Shown here: positions 48,031-60,580 of the stretch, in pieces
How the letters are laid out: every line of letters starts with the position of its first letter
Numbering within the stretch: the first letter of the stretch is position 1
NCBI GenBank assembly: GCA_012026655.1
Contig: JAAILG010000036.1
Span: 1-64,000 of the forward strand
Source: Hydrolagus affinis
Taxonomy: Eukaryota
Reading direction: 5' to 3'
Length of the DNA: 64,000 bases
Program-made: the position numbers and the translations under genes
Notes under the pieces: model-generated
Database searches by the model: none
What the model saw: only the letters and a program-made list of their open reading frames with translations
Told to the model about the DNA's origin: nothing

Positions 48031-48989
48031 GACACAATTTTTCACCTATGCTTAGCATGTAAAATAACTTTTTCTTCAAATTTAAGATCGAGCAGAATTA
48101 TGAAAAAGTGTTAAATTGATTCTAAATTTCTGTGCTTTTTGGAAAAAAAACTCCAGAAATCTGGTATCCAAATTACGACTGAATTCACAAAATGTCCATA
48201 AGAATCTTACAGCAAAGATGAAGTGGAAATTTGTACTTCAAGATATTTGATTAAGTTAGCTTAATCACAAATGTGAATCTCATTGATGGAAGTAGCAATC
48301 CGGGCTAATAGATTAAACTGATTTTACTGTGCCTTACTTTGTAATATGTTTAAAGCCAGAATTAACCCCTCTTTAATCATTGATAATCTGATAAGTAAAA
48401 TGATATAAGAGAGCTTTGAGAAAGTTACAATCCATTAAATAAATACAAGTACTTGTATAATAAATGTTCACACCATACACATCCAATGAAATGATGTTCT
48501 TGTTGATAAATAAGAATTGATTCAGCTACTCTCGGCTTTATCTGCGATTCCTGAAATTCCTTTACTTGGAAAAGGTTTGAAAAATATGTTTGAAATCGTG
48601 CATGAAACTAGCATCAAAATTAAAACAAGATTGAAGAATTTTCCAAATCTTGGATGCTATGAAATAATACAAAATTAGAGTAAATCTAGACCAAGGTGGA
48701 ATTTCTACCCTAACATTCCTTAATTATCACCAAGGATAATTAAGGCACAAATGCTTTAAATAATGCTGCAGCTCTATCCTACTGACTCAGTCTGAATCTC
48801 TGTGGCTGCCAAAAATGGAACAAGAAGTGAAAATAAGGATATAACTCACAGGGATAATGCATTTGATCAAAAAGATAACAGGGATAGACCAAAGAGTAGA
48901 AATAATGCTAACTCAACCACAAAAATACATAATTGTCTACAAAATGCAACCAGAAGGGTATTCCGATGAGTTCATGGGATTTATTGGAA

Positions 48990-49400
48990 AGTGCAGTAAT
49001 TGTGTATTTTGTAGGTGAATGCGGGAGCCAACTTCCATTGAGCAATGTCCCACATATAGCAGAAGTGAATGACCAATTTTATTTGGGACATTGTTTGCCA
49101 AGACATCAGGACAAAGAAACTTCCTTCTCTTTTCAAGTAGTGTCATGAGATCTTTAAAGGGATTAAGGGGTATGGGGATAAAGCGGGTAGGTGGAGTTAG
49201 ATTAGAAGATCAGCCATGATCTGATTGAATGGCGAGGCAGGCTCAAGAGGCCGAATGGCCTACTACTGCTCCTAATTCTTATATTTTTTAGTATCCACTT
49301 GAACAGGCAGGTGGGACATTGGTTTTACATTTTACCCAAGGATGACATTCCCAACACTCCACTGCAGTGCTAGCCAAGACTTATACAGTTCAAAATCCCA
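48990..49400 (-). mobile_element. Old Deu-SINE interrupted by a plus-strand CR1-type tail (about 49157-49282)
   Basis: The Deu domain ..GTGTCATGAGATCTTTA resumes as ..ATCCACTTGAACAGGCAG. The insert GATCAGCCATGATCTGATTGAATGGCG..GGCCGAATGGCCTACT..TGCTCCTA is a CR1 3' UTR. Confidence 0.7.
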
Positions 49401-50611
49401 GGCTGAGGGCTTGTATTTGATTCTTCATCTAATCGCCAGTTGTTGGGTTTAGTTGATCAAGCTTTCTTTAAGCACTCTGAGATGCTAAACTGTGTGGAGG
49501 GCACAAATAAGTGTAAGATGTTGTTGTTGATCCATCTTGGCTGGTGCATTCATCAATTGTTAAACTTTGAAACATTTTAGTGTGATGAGGCCAACATTCC
49601 TAGGGGCTAAATTCCATTAGAATGGCAGGAGTGTTAATGACATCATTTTAAAAGTTAAGCAGTATATTCCTTTTTTGATAATGTAACTTTAATCTGTGAA
49701 TTCTGTCACTTTTGTCTGAACTAAAAAAAGTTTTTATGTGTGTTAGTTTTGGCACTAACATTCTTGAGGCTCATCTTTGAAGAAGCGGAAATGTCTGCTT
49801 GGAAAGAATTACAACGCAAAGTATATTTGTTTAACAGTAGATCATTATTTTCAAGAAATGCATAAATTTGACTTTGAAGCCCAAGCTGTCAGGTGCACAT
49901 GCCACTTATCTCAGCTACCCTCAGACAGTAGCCTAGTAGACTTGTAGACACATCCCAGGAATGGACTGGACCCATTCTTATGTACACCTGGAGTTTATAG
50001 CCTCAGCCATACAAGTGATAAAGTATCTATAAAACTCTCAGTTTCCTTTTAATTAGTGTGCACCATTGGCAATGGTACAACAGCAAAAGACCCTAGGAAG
50101 GCAAGTGAGCACAGGTGAAGTCTGCACTGCCAAATAATTGAAAGGTATTTTTAAGGAAGTGGTATTTTTTGCAGAAAAAGGCAAAAGGAAGGCTATCCCG
50201 AGAAAATAATAGACCAATGTGCACACATAATAATACTTCTTGCATTTGATATAATGATTTTCATGTCTTCTAGACGTCTCAAAGCGCTGCACAGAATATA
50301 CTGTTGTGAGTGTAATATGAAGATAAAGTACCTCAAACCATTTTCAGCTGAAGTTTCTTCCCAATCTAGACTAACAAAGGACTTCACAAGACACTTTTGT
50401 AACACACTGTGCATGGATAACATCTCTGGAATCACTGGAACAGATAAGTGACCCTCCATCCCTACAGTTATGCCTTACCTAGACACTAGAAATCTGTGAT
50501 ATATGTTTTATACATATGCTACTTACACAAGCATTAACCTTCCTCCTCATGTCGCCCTTTTCTCTAATGCTCTTCAGGATTGCTTTTATGTGGTGTTTTT
50601 AAATATTGAAT

Positions 50612-51703
50612 GCGACATGAGACTTGTGAGCAAAATAGAGGCCCATCAGACAGTGGCGGCATGGATCCCAAACCGATTGGGAGATGGAAAGCAGAGAGTG
50701 GTGATGAACTCTTGTTTTTCCAACAGGAGGGAAGTGTGCCGTGGTGTTCCCCCACAGCGGTCGGTATTGGGACCACTGCAGTTTTTGTTCTCTATAAATG
50801 ACCTTTTGAATGACTTTATAAATGACTTTAAATTGATAAATGACTGGGCAGATATGTAGCAGATGAAGTTTAATGCGGATAAATGCCATGATGCATTTTG
50901 GTCGGAAGAATGGGGAGAGGCAGTATAAGTTAGATGGTAGAATTTTAAATGGAGTGAAGGAACAGAGAGACCTGGGGGTTCACATAAGTAAATCTTTGAC
51001 GGTGGCAGGACAGGTAGATAAAGCTGTTAAAAAGAAAAGCATTTGGGATACTAGGCTTTATAAATTGGGGCAGAGAATACAAAAACCATGATGAACCTTT
51101 CTAAAACACTGGCTAGGCCTGGAGTACTGTAGTTGGCATACAACTTGAGTACTGTGTTCAGTTCTGGGCACCACATTTTCGGGAGGATGTCCAGGAGGGT
51201 GCAAAGAAGATTTCCCAGGATTGTACCAGGAATGAGGAACTTCACTTATCAGGATAGGCTAGAGAAGCTAGAGTTATTCTCCTTGGAGCAAAGAAGGTTA
51301 ACAAGGGACTTAGCAGAAGTTTTCAAATTGACGAGGGGCTTCAATAGGGTGAACAACAATTTCATCAAAATTACATTTGTATAGCACCCTTCACAAAGAG
51401 AAACAATTCCACAGGTCAGTGGGTCAGTAAACCCAAGGACACTGATTTAAAAGAGGGGAGATGGGGAGAAATGTTTCCATGGAGCGTGTTGTTCGGATCT
51501 GGAATGCATTACCTGAAAGCATGGTGGAAGCCGATTTGATAACAACTTTTAAGAGAGGTAGATAGTTGTTTGAGAAGGACAAGTTGCAGGGTTATGGAGA
51601 GAGAGGAGAGTGGGATTTGTTTGGACAGCTCTTTTCAAAGAGCCGGCACAGACACGATGGGCTGAATGGTCTCCCTCTGTGCTGTATAATTCTATCGTTC
51701 GAT
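50612..51703 (+). mobile_element. CR1 LINE ORF2 3' part (RT to 3' end), internally deleted, with an L2 tail insert at about 51352-51395
   Basis: KQRVVMN, GVPPQRSVLGPL, QMKFN, VKEQRDLGVHI, RVQRRFPRIVPGM, RLEKLELFSLEQRRL and RIWNALPESMVEA; tail GATGGGCTGAATGGTCTCCCTCTGTGCTGTA. Confidence 0.9.
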
Positions 51704-53710
51704 GTGTGTTTATCATGATAAAATTTGGGCAAAGTTTTTCGCACTATCCTAGAAAGTACTTTTGTTATTGCATAGGTACACACTTACCTATTATTGTTTG
51801 ACAGTACTATTTTGCATTCTTTTTACATATTTAATGGCCAAATGTTTGGCATTTATATAGTATTTTACCTATCTAAAAATTGGAATTGTGTTGTGTGAAG
51901 CAACTGTCATGTTGGAATAAGATGTGTAATTGCCCCCATCTACTGTGTGCAAAGATTTTAAAACTTTCCATTTGGGGCAGAGCAGTCGTTGGTACTGCCG
52001 GATGTAACCTAAGTTACATAAGGCTTGGTAGTGTAAGAGCTGGAGATCACTAAGGTTACGTATTCCCTCAAAAAAGTCCAGCTCCTGGGTTTCATTGATC
52101 AATCTAGAATTCAACCTTGCACACTGTATCCCTCTTGGTGCTGATACTAAATGTGACTCCATTATCGAGCTTCCTAAATACCTGTAATCAGCTACGTTGT
52201 CATGTTGGTTCCCTGAATTTCTCTTTCTATATCAAGTGTGAGTTATTATTGTTAGAAATAATAATTTCATTGTGTTGCTTCCTACAATCAAAAGGCTTTT
52301 GAATCTCAAAATTAGTAAGTTGATTAAACATAGCTGTTACATTTTTCAGTCATGATGACCCTGCACTAATGTGCTTTGGCCCCTTAGCTTTGTTTTTCAA
52401 TAAAATAAACAGTATAATCTATATACTGTATTCAATTACATTGTACTCAATATCCAATGCTTAGAGTGCCTAAACTCTGCTCAGAATACAGTGATATTGC
52501 ATTGTTTTTGTCTCCATGGTGCTATCAACATTAAATAACCTGAAATATCAATTCCGATTTATTTTTATGAGATTTGTATACTTTTGCCAAATTATTTCTC
52601 GTAGGTATGGATACATGTTGTAGACAGACTTAGCATTTGTGAAGTGTTCGATCCTTGTGTACCTCACTAAGAGAGAAAAAAATTTCAATTCATTTTGGAA
52701 GCAAGATTTATTATGTGTTCTTTTGTTTCTTGAAGACAAATTGGTTTTCATTCAAACAACCAGTAGGTGGACAGACCTAGCAACATAATCTGTCTGAAAG
52801 TGAAGCAGCATCACATTTAAACTGAATAATAAAATACAACAAAATCACAAGGTACTCTTAACTTTTTTTTAAAAATGAGGACCACAACTGGACAATAAAC
52901 AATTTCTACCCATCACCTTTACAATGTGTCTAGTGAACAGAAATCAGATAGTGGACTATCTAGTGTCAAGCATTTCAACCCACTCACAGAGGTATGGAAT
53001 CATAGATAAATACCCCACTACTGGCTCACCATATTTACAATCCCATTAAATTAACATTAAATAAATATATACAAACATGGACAATGACAACCCCCCACCC
53101 CCCACCCCCACCCCTCCAATTTGATTCCCAATGGAGATCCAGCAGAACTGATAGTCCAAGTCATTACATTTGGAAAAGATTTATAAAATTCAGGTTACCT
53201 GGAGACTGGAGTCAAAATACATTTTTGTAGCATGAGCCAAGGATGGGAAGAGTCCAAATTATACAACCTGTTGACAGTTAGTTTTGGCACATTGTGCTAA
53301 TGAATTCAGCGCACATTTTTGACAACAGTAGATTCCTAGTAAGTGAATGAGCATCAAGAAAATTCCTTTACGTGGTGAATGTGTTAAACAAAAAAACAAG
53401 GCTTAGCCTCACTCTTTCAAATGTATGTGTTCCAGTGTGTGTAGAGGGTATACAGAACATTATTGGTAAGTTTTGAATTCAAATTTAAATGAGAACTGTT
53501 CTCTACTGTTAGTTTTGTTTTAAAGTCTGTGTATTTAGTCAACACAGAAAAAGACTGCAAGAAAGAATTAAGTTACAAACATGTCCATGATGTGCAAGTG
53601 GTATTCACTTAAAAGGAATTTATCGGTATAAGCATTCAGCAAACAAAATAACAAGCAGAACTTAGATATAAAATACTTTCTTTTATGCTTGATTTACTGT
53701 GCTATTACTT

Positions 53711-53713
<3 letters not shown>

Positions 53714-53751
<38 letters not shown>
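53714..53751. repeat. (TA)n microsatellite
   Basis: About 19 AT units. Confidence 0.95.
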
Positions 53752-53757
<6 letters not shown>

Positions 53758-56087
53758 CAAGGCATTTGACAAAATGGATTGTTGGCTAGAACAGAGACAT
53801 CATGTGTGACTGGTATTGCCACCCTGTAAATTCTGACTGTTATTACATGTTTCTATGTGGATCAAGATTCTGCCTATGAAAAGTGTGTGTATTTTCCAAA
53901 CTAACTTCTAAGTATTTCTAACTTTAGGTAATCATCATTTTATATGTTTGATTTTTTGTTGGAGTCAACCAAGCCAGAGGCATATAAACTGAAAACCACA
54001 GTTAACACATTCCTCCTCATTACTGCTTTTGACCTTTTTTTGTTAAGCTAAATTCTTTTTTCCAGTAAAAAGTCTTCAGACTGATAGCAATTTTCAGAGT
54101 TTTTTTTTGTCCAATCCAAACTCGCTTCATGATCATTTTTAAACTCAAGACAAATACTAAATTAACCATTGATAGATAGAGACCAGAAATCACAAGAAAA
54201 TTTGAAAAAACATTTTAGAAGAGTTGACCTATTTTGTGACAAAAAAGACACACATACAGCCAAATCCATTCCCATTCAAATGCTCCCACCTGACATCAAA
54301 ATAAAATATTCCTAGCAGATTTTATCCTGGGACAAACAGTTAATTGTGTGTATGATTTCTGAAAGTAAAAATGTTGTTCTGGTTTGGTTGAAAATACACA
54401 GTTCCTCAATAACCCCTGAGCCTTGTGATTCCATGACCACACAATCGCATTCAGAACGGAACACGTTGTGCAGAAGTTACTCTACCCTGCAAATTGTCTG
54501 CAAAGAGAAAGTACAATTAACACTAAGATTTCTTCTGCAATGTTATCAGTCATGAAGATTACATCTTAGTTTGGGAGTTATTTCTAGTGGTAATTGACAT
54601 TTTAGACACAAGATCATATGAATGCAAATGAATGTAATATAATTTCCAGGAAAACATTTTCTAATAACTGTTCTTGATGGACCATTAGTCAGAACAGCAA
54701 TTTAATATCTTCCTAGATTAGAACAGTACAATGAGAAGATATCAACAGATTTACCTCACTGAGATACACTATTGGCAGTGAAAGAGGTTGCATTACGACC
54801 AAGACAAAAATTAAAAGAAGCAGTAGATGTGCATTTCCCCATATTTTGTTAACCAAATTTGTTTTGGCACACGTTTATCTAAGTTTCTACCACAGAAATA
54901 TCAGAATTTCTCCTTATGGACACATAGGATCTCACAGACCCTGACACCTCAACTCTAAGTGCTATTGTATATACAAAGTTTCAGTGGAGCAATAGATAGA
55001 GATGTAACTAATTGGCTGGGGCTCATTGGATCGAATCATGGTTTGCTGGTTTTAGCCAGAACTTTTTGTGGAGGTGAAGTTGGCTTTGCCTGCCCAAGGT
55101 TAGAGAGAGTGTCAAGCACATTGGCAAGGCTACTTGGGCGGGGTATCAAGTGCACTTAGAACCACATAGCTGAATGAAGAGGCAAAACACCAGAGGAGAC
55201 TAGAGCCAGGAGGACAGGTGTATGTTAATGGTGAGAAAAATCAAAAATAATTGGACACATTAATTTTTTAAAAATAAATAGGATTCATCAGAAGCTGTGT
55301 ATTCATCAGGACATTCTTAACTCTAAATACAACTATAAATAGCTACTTGTTTAAGTATACTGGCAACACATCAACCCAACTTGTCTTTCACACACTTGTG
55401 TTCTCACTCAGCTCTGCAAGTGTGCAAATATATAATTGACTATTAGGCCACCCTTGTTTACCCACATCAGCTTGCATATCAGTGCACACCACTGATAACA
55501 CTGAATTGGGTGGCCCAGAAGTGAAGAACAAAGTAGAAACTGGAGAGAAGTAAAGGAAAATAGCTTCCACGAAGATCCCTTTAAGTTCTGCATGAATTTT
55601 CAGTTTCATCTTTTTGAAGACCGGTTGTTTTTGTACAGATAATAGGTGTAAAATAACATAACAGAGGCAATAAGGAAACATAATTGTATAACTGATGACA
55701 ATTACTTAGTTGCAGTTGATAGGAATGTGGAGATAAGAGTGTATTTTATAGTAAATGAGGGCACATACTTGTACATACCAGGAATAAGGACCAATGGTCT
55801 ATAAGATGGCAATGGTGATCCATCTAATTTAATAATTACTTATTTACTTGTTTATGTACATCAACATATTCAAGATGAGATTGAAGAGGTATGATTAGAT
55901 ACCCTGTTATGTGTATGATTTGGTTATTCAGCTTCTTTAAAAGAGATTAATTGAAAATATTTCATTCATAAATGCATGTGCATATCTTATCTCATTGGCA
56001 AGAAGCATAGTTTGGAAAGAGCTCCAGGAACACAAAATGCTCAGAAAATCAGTATTGGTATGTATTTCCAGTAAAGAGGGCAGAATT

Positions 56088-56345
56088 ATAGAATCATAGA
56101 TCATAAAATCATTAGGTAGGAAGAGGCCATTCCAAGCCTAAAGTGGCGCTAACACTAGCCGTTGTGCTGGAATTAACTATATTAATCCCAATTCACTGCC
56201 TCTTCCTGAGTATCTTTTTGAATTCTTCCTCTTCAAATATTTATCCAATTCTCGTTTATATTTTGTTGTAATCTTCAATAGTCACTGGTGCCAAAGCATT
56301 TGGATGCTCTAATAACCCCCTTGCAAAAACCCTCTTCTAAAATCC
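56088..56345 (-). mobile_element. Degraded CR1 3' end
   Basis: ATAGAATCATAGATCATA..GAAGAGGCCATTC and AAATATTTATCCAATTC (reverse complement of the CR1 tail and ELDKYL). Confidence 0.55.
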
Positions 56346-57914
56346 CTTTTAACCCTTTCAGGTACAATCCTTCAGAGTTTGCTGATTCCTAAAATACACT
56401 GTGTGCCACTTTCAACCAACTGCTCACGTATTTGAATACTGTTCTACATGAAAATAATGAGTCCCAGGATCATTTCGATGTGCTAAATTCACACATCGAA
56501 AACATGGTGGCGAGGTGCTAAAATTGACCACAGCTCTCTTGAAAGTTCAGGACAGAATGAGAAGAAAGAGAAAACCAGCCATTGTTCACTTCTGATTTAT
56601 CTATTCATCATTAATGAAAATTGGATCTGTGTCTGTGTCCATCACGAGATACATAAATTAATTATAGTCTACAAAAGAAAAATTTACTGTTACTTTTAGA
56701 AGAACTCAACTTCTTCACTTTTAGGGAGTTCCCAGTTGACAGAGACCTCAGCTCCAAACTGAGCTGCAAACAGAATGATGCTTGCCTTTTAAGGATAGGC
56801 ATGACATTTCTTTGGTGGAAACACTGCATGCTTTAGCAAGCAAAAATGATGTGTCTTACATATATGATGGATTAATATTGATAGTGGTAGCTCAAAGGTT
56901 GATGCATATAATAAAGAAGTCATGCCATAGACTATCTGTTCTTTAATGCTATAACCCTCTGAAAAATAATCCTTCTAAACTTCCTTTGAACTCTTCCAGG
57001 TAAATCATCCCTAATAGAGGGCATTCTTCAGAAAGGAGCATTATAAAATCGGTGAGTTTTCTCTGTAGTTATTCAGACTGGTCAAGTAAGTTTGATCGTT
57101 ATGAAACTTACTTCATGAATAGTTCACCTGGGTTCCAAGCCCAGTTCTTTATCCTGTTTGAAGTGCCATAGTTCCAGTTTTCTGCTGGGTTATAGGGGTG
57201 GTTTCAGAACACCTCTGAACATTCTGAAGAAAACAATTGGCACACTGTGCTTAAACCCCGTGGTTAGTAAATCTTCCTTCAGCTAGGATTGAGAGCATTT
57301 ATTGAAGAAATTTACATCTTACTCACTCCTCTCTGAGCTGAAGGAGGATGCAAGACTCCTTGAAGGTGGGTGGGGGGGCAAATCAAGAAATACAGAAAGT
57401 AAAATAAATATCAAACAAAACAATTATAGTAATAGATTTTTAGAGGGAGTGGTCTCACTGAGCATTTACACACACATGCCATAGATTAATTATTGAGAGG
57501 CTGACCAGTCAAATTCAGTCCTGTATCAATCTAAGTTGATATAACAGACTAGTTGGGATGAAGAAAGATCTGCTGATAATACGCCTTATTAATTATTCAC
57601 TTTATGTCTGGCTCTTCAAAGTGAACTCATTTCGGAGACAGACCAGTGTTTATTCTGTTTTTCACAGTTATTTGACATTGTTGTCCACACCTTGAATTTG
57701 ATATGACAACTGTAATGGAGGCCGATGATTACTTTGGTTGAATAAGTGTATCAATATCTGATTAGAGTGTAGCATAGCTTCATGACAAAGGAGAGGGTGT
57801 TACTGGGGTTAGAGATATCAGGAATATAATGGGAGCCCAGCTTCAATTGTGCAGAATTCTCTAAGATGGACCATGATAAATCCATGAAAGCCAACATCTC
57901 CATCATATACTTAA

Positions 57915-58054
57915 ACTGCTGTGCGTAATTGGCTGCCACGTTTTACCCACAAATACAGTCAATTCACTTTACAGTATATTGTGTGGGAGCTTTGAGATGT
58001 CTAGAAGATGTGAAAAGATCTATATCAAATGCAAGGATTATTATATTATTATTA
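57915..58054 (+). mobile_element. SINE family A 3' part, antisense to the putative TFAP2B 3' UTR
   Basis: CTGCTGTGCGTAATTGGCTGCC...AAATGCAAGGATTATTAT. Confidence 0.82.
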
Positions 58055-58546
58055 TACCTTTACACAAACTTTCAGATGTTGGATAATGTCTTTTCATAGG
58101 CTCTGCATCGAAACTGACAAATAAATCTCCCTGTACGGATCTCTTCACTGACAACAAACTATTATATATTAATAGTACCTGGTTGCTGTTCTTTTTTTGC
58201 TGGAATGCTTCCATCCTCAAAACATGCAAAAATGTGCACAGAAATCAGAACTGGAATAAAAGTGGGACCAAAAGAATTTGATGTTATATGTAAAAAAAAA
58301 AAATTACAGTCACACAAGTGGGTCATGGATTCACCTGTTATTCTGACATAAAATTGAAGTCAAAACATTTGCAAAATTGGACGTATACCAAGAAAAAAGA
58401 TCTTGATGCCTTGCATCCAGTTCCATATTGGCTACAAACAGTTGACCCAGTGTTGCTCCATTGTGTGTGCGTTGTTGTCTTTTCCAAGTCAATAGAAGAT
58501 TTTTTTTTATAAAGCTACAGAAAATAAAAAGTTTGGAGGAATTTTC

Positions 58547-58844
58547 TCATTTCCTGTTTTTTTCCTCCTTGTCTCCAGTTTTGTTGACTGCTTCCCCTCC
58601 AGATGTATGTCTATTTGGGTTGTTGTTTAAGAACATCTTGTCCAGTCCTTTTAATGCTTCCGTCAGGTAGTTCTGGACAGCTGTGAGTGCAGCACAAATA
58701 GCAGGAGAGCCAAAGCCATGTGTAATGAGGCTAAAGTGAGTCAAACAGCTTTGGATGCCTGGATCTAGGATGGGGTTGGGCCTGGTGTTTCCCAAAGGAG
58801 ACCTATCCTGTGCCAACAGATCTGTGAATTCTTTGCAAAGTTGC
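58547..58844 (-). CDS. TFAP2B: AP-2 transcription factor (TFAP2B-like), terminal coding exon
   Basis: Acceptor ttctttaacccctcag|G; AA+G gives Lys. Then [98 protein letters not shown] and TGA at 58549-58547. The RHTSG...KTGDKEEK tail is characteristic of AP-2 beta. Confidence 0.93.
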
Positions 58845-59419
58845 CTGAGGGGTTAAAGAAAATAAGACAAAAGAATTCTGCTGTCAGATAACACAAATCA
58901 TATGTATACAATGACGCATTGTCAGGTTGCTGTGGAAAATTATTCACCTCAAATAGCACGACTTGTTTTACTGAATACTCATCAGTTTGGCATTGAGTTC
59001 CAATCAATATAAATTTATTATCAAAGTTTATTTTTCCTTATAAAAGGAGTCTAATAGTCAAATATTTTAGGTTGCTTTGATGGAATCTAATGTATTATCA
59101 ATTTATATAATGAACCATGAATCTAAAAAATGTTTTAACTTGTTTTATTTATTGCAATCAAGAATGAGACTAACAGTGCGATCCCAAATTTAATATTGTT
59201 GAACTAGTTTTGTTAAAACTTTCATCGGTTCAGAACTGGTCAAAAGTTCAGGTGAGGTTATTTGTTTTCTGCAGTTATTTTTGTAGGACAGCACTATCAG
59301 AATATCCTTTGGTTAATTAGATAACTTCAACTTTGTAAACACACAAACTCAAAATTCATTAATAATCCTTGCATTTGATATCTCAAAGTGCTCCAGATGA
59401 TCTGGGTGTCATTCAGACT

Positions 59420-59770
59420 TAACCGATAACACTCCCATCTCTGAATCAGAAGGTTGTGGATTCCAGCCCCACAACAGAGCTGGGCGTGCTCTATTGCCAG
59501 AAGTGCTGTCCTTCAAACGAGGCCCTGTCTGGCTACTCAGATAGATCATAAAGACACTGTGGCAATATTTGAAAAGAGGAGAGTTTATTTTGGTGTCCTG
59601 GCCAAAACTCCTTAAATAAAATGTGCTATTCACTACATGACTTTGCTCCATGCACATTGGTTGCTGCTTTTCCCTACAAAATACGCAGTCATTACTCTTT
59701 ACAGTGAATACTGTGAAGCTCTTTGAGATGTCCTCCTAATGTGAAAGGTACCATATTAAATATAAAGATT
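59420..59770 (+). mobile_element. Old Deu-domain SINE in the TFAP2B intron
   Basis: Head CTCTGAATCAGAAGGTTGTGGATTCCAGCCCCAC, Deu domain GGTGTCCTGGCCAA, L2-like tail. Confidence 0.7.
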
Positions 59771-59869
59771 GTCATACTGCAAAGTGTTGTGACTGTGTAA
59801 GAATTAACACTGCAAGTAAACCAAGGGAAGAAACTGAAACAGAAATTCAGCAGGGATTCAGCAGATTTT

Positions 59870-60580
59870 GTCTTTTTTTTGGACAGTTGGGTTTCTGACA
59901 AAAAGCTCCAAGGCCCTGCCCTGCGTGAAGGGTGCTACAAATGAAAATTGTTGTTGTTGATGCTTAAGAGTATCCAAACCAAACTGAGCGTTCCATGCTC
60001 ATCTCACATATACCCGGAATTCCTAAGATATTTATTGGAATGGAATGCACACTTTCTCGCTGGAGGGAGGAATCCTGCTTATCTAATTTGGGAGCTTATT
60101 AGCCACAGATGGCAAGAATAAAGGTTTTGGGACCCTAGAGTGTGTGTTGCGGTACTGCTGGAGTCTAACTAGCTAAACCCCATACTTGTACATATAGAAC
60201 CATTCTACCCATTAAGGTTATGGCTTGCAGGGTGAACAGGAGCATGAAGAGTTTGAAGGGTTCCTGACCCCAGTGACTGCTCTGGCCATCCAACTCCTGC
60301 TGATGAGCCAGGCGGACTAGATTATCATCAGCAGTGCACTAGAATACTGCAGCCCTGCCTGGTTCATGTACTGAACTGCCATGGATGTCAGAGAGGGCTG
60401 GCTCAATTCTGACATTCCTTTGCCAAAGATATCACCTTGGAGCCAATTCAGCTCCAAGGAGACCCCACCTACCACACTGCAGAGGAGGATATTTGGTCAT
60501 TAAACATCTGACAAGTGTAGATTTGAGCCACCTTAGATGGATGGCAAGTATCAGGAACTCCCTGCAAGCTTCCTGGTGAG
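59870..60580 (-). mobile_element. RTE-like LINE 3' region copy in the TFAP2B intron, with an L2 tail at about 59905-59960
   Basis: AGGGCTGGCTCAATTCTGACATTCC..CTTGGAGCCAATTCAGCTCCAAG matches 21065-21135 (reverse complement); CCCAGTGACTG matches about 21330; TTGGAATGGAATG..CTGGAGGGA matches 30030-30065. Confidence 0.7.

Larger units (their letters stand above)
52558..58546 (-). other. TFAP2B: Putative 3' UTR / downstream region of TFAP2B-like gene; true end not determinable
   Basis: Follows the stop codon. Candidate AATAAA signals on the minus strand at 57649-57654, 57298-57303, 52707-52712 and 52558-52563. The distal boundary is a guess. Confidence 0.4.
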
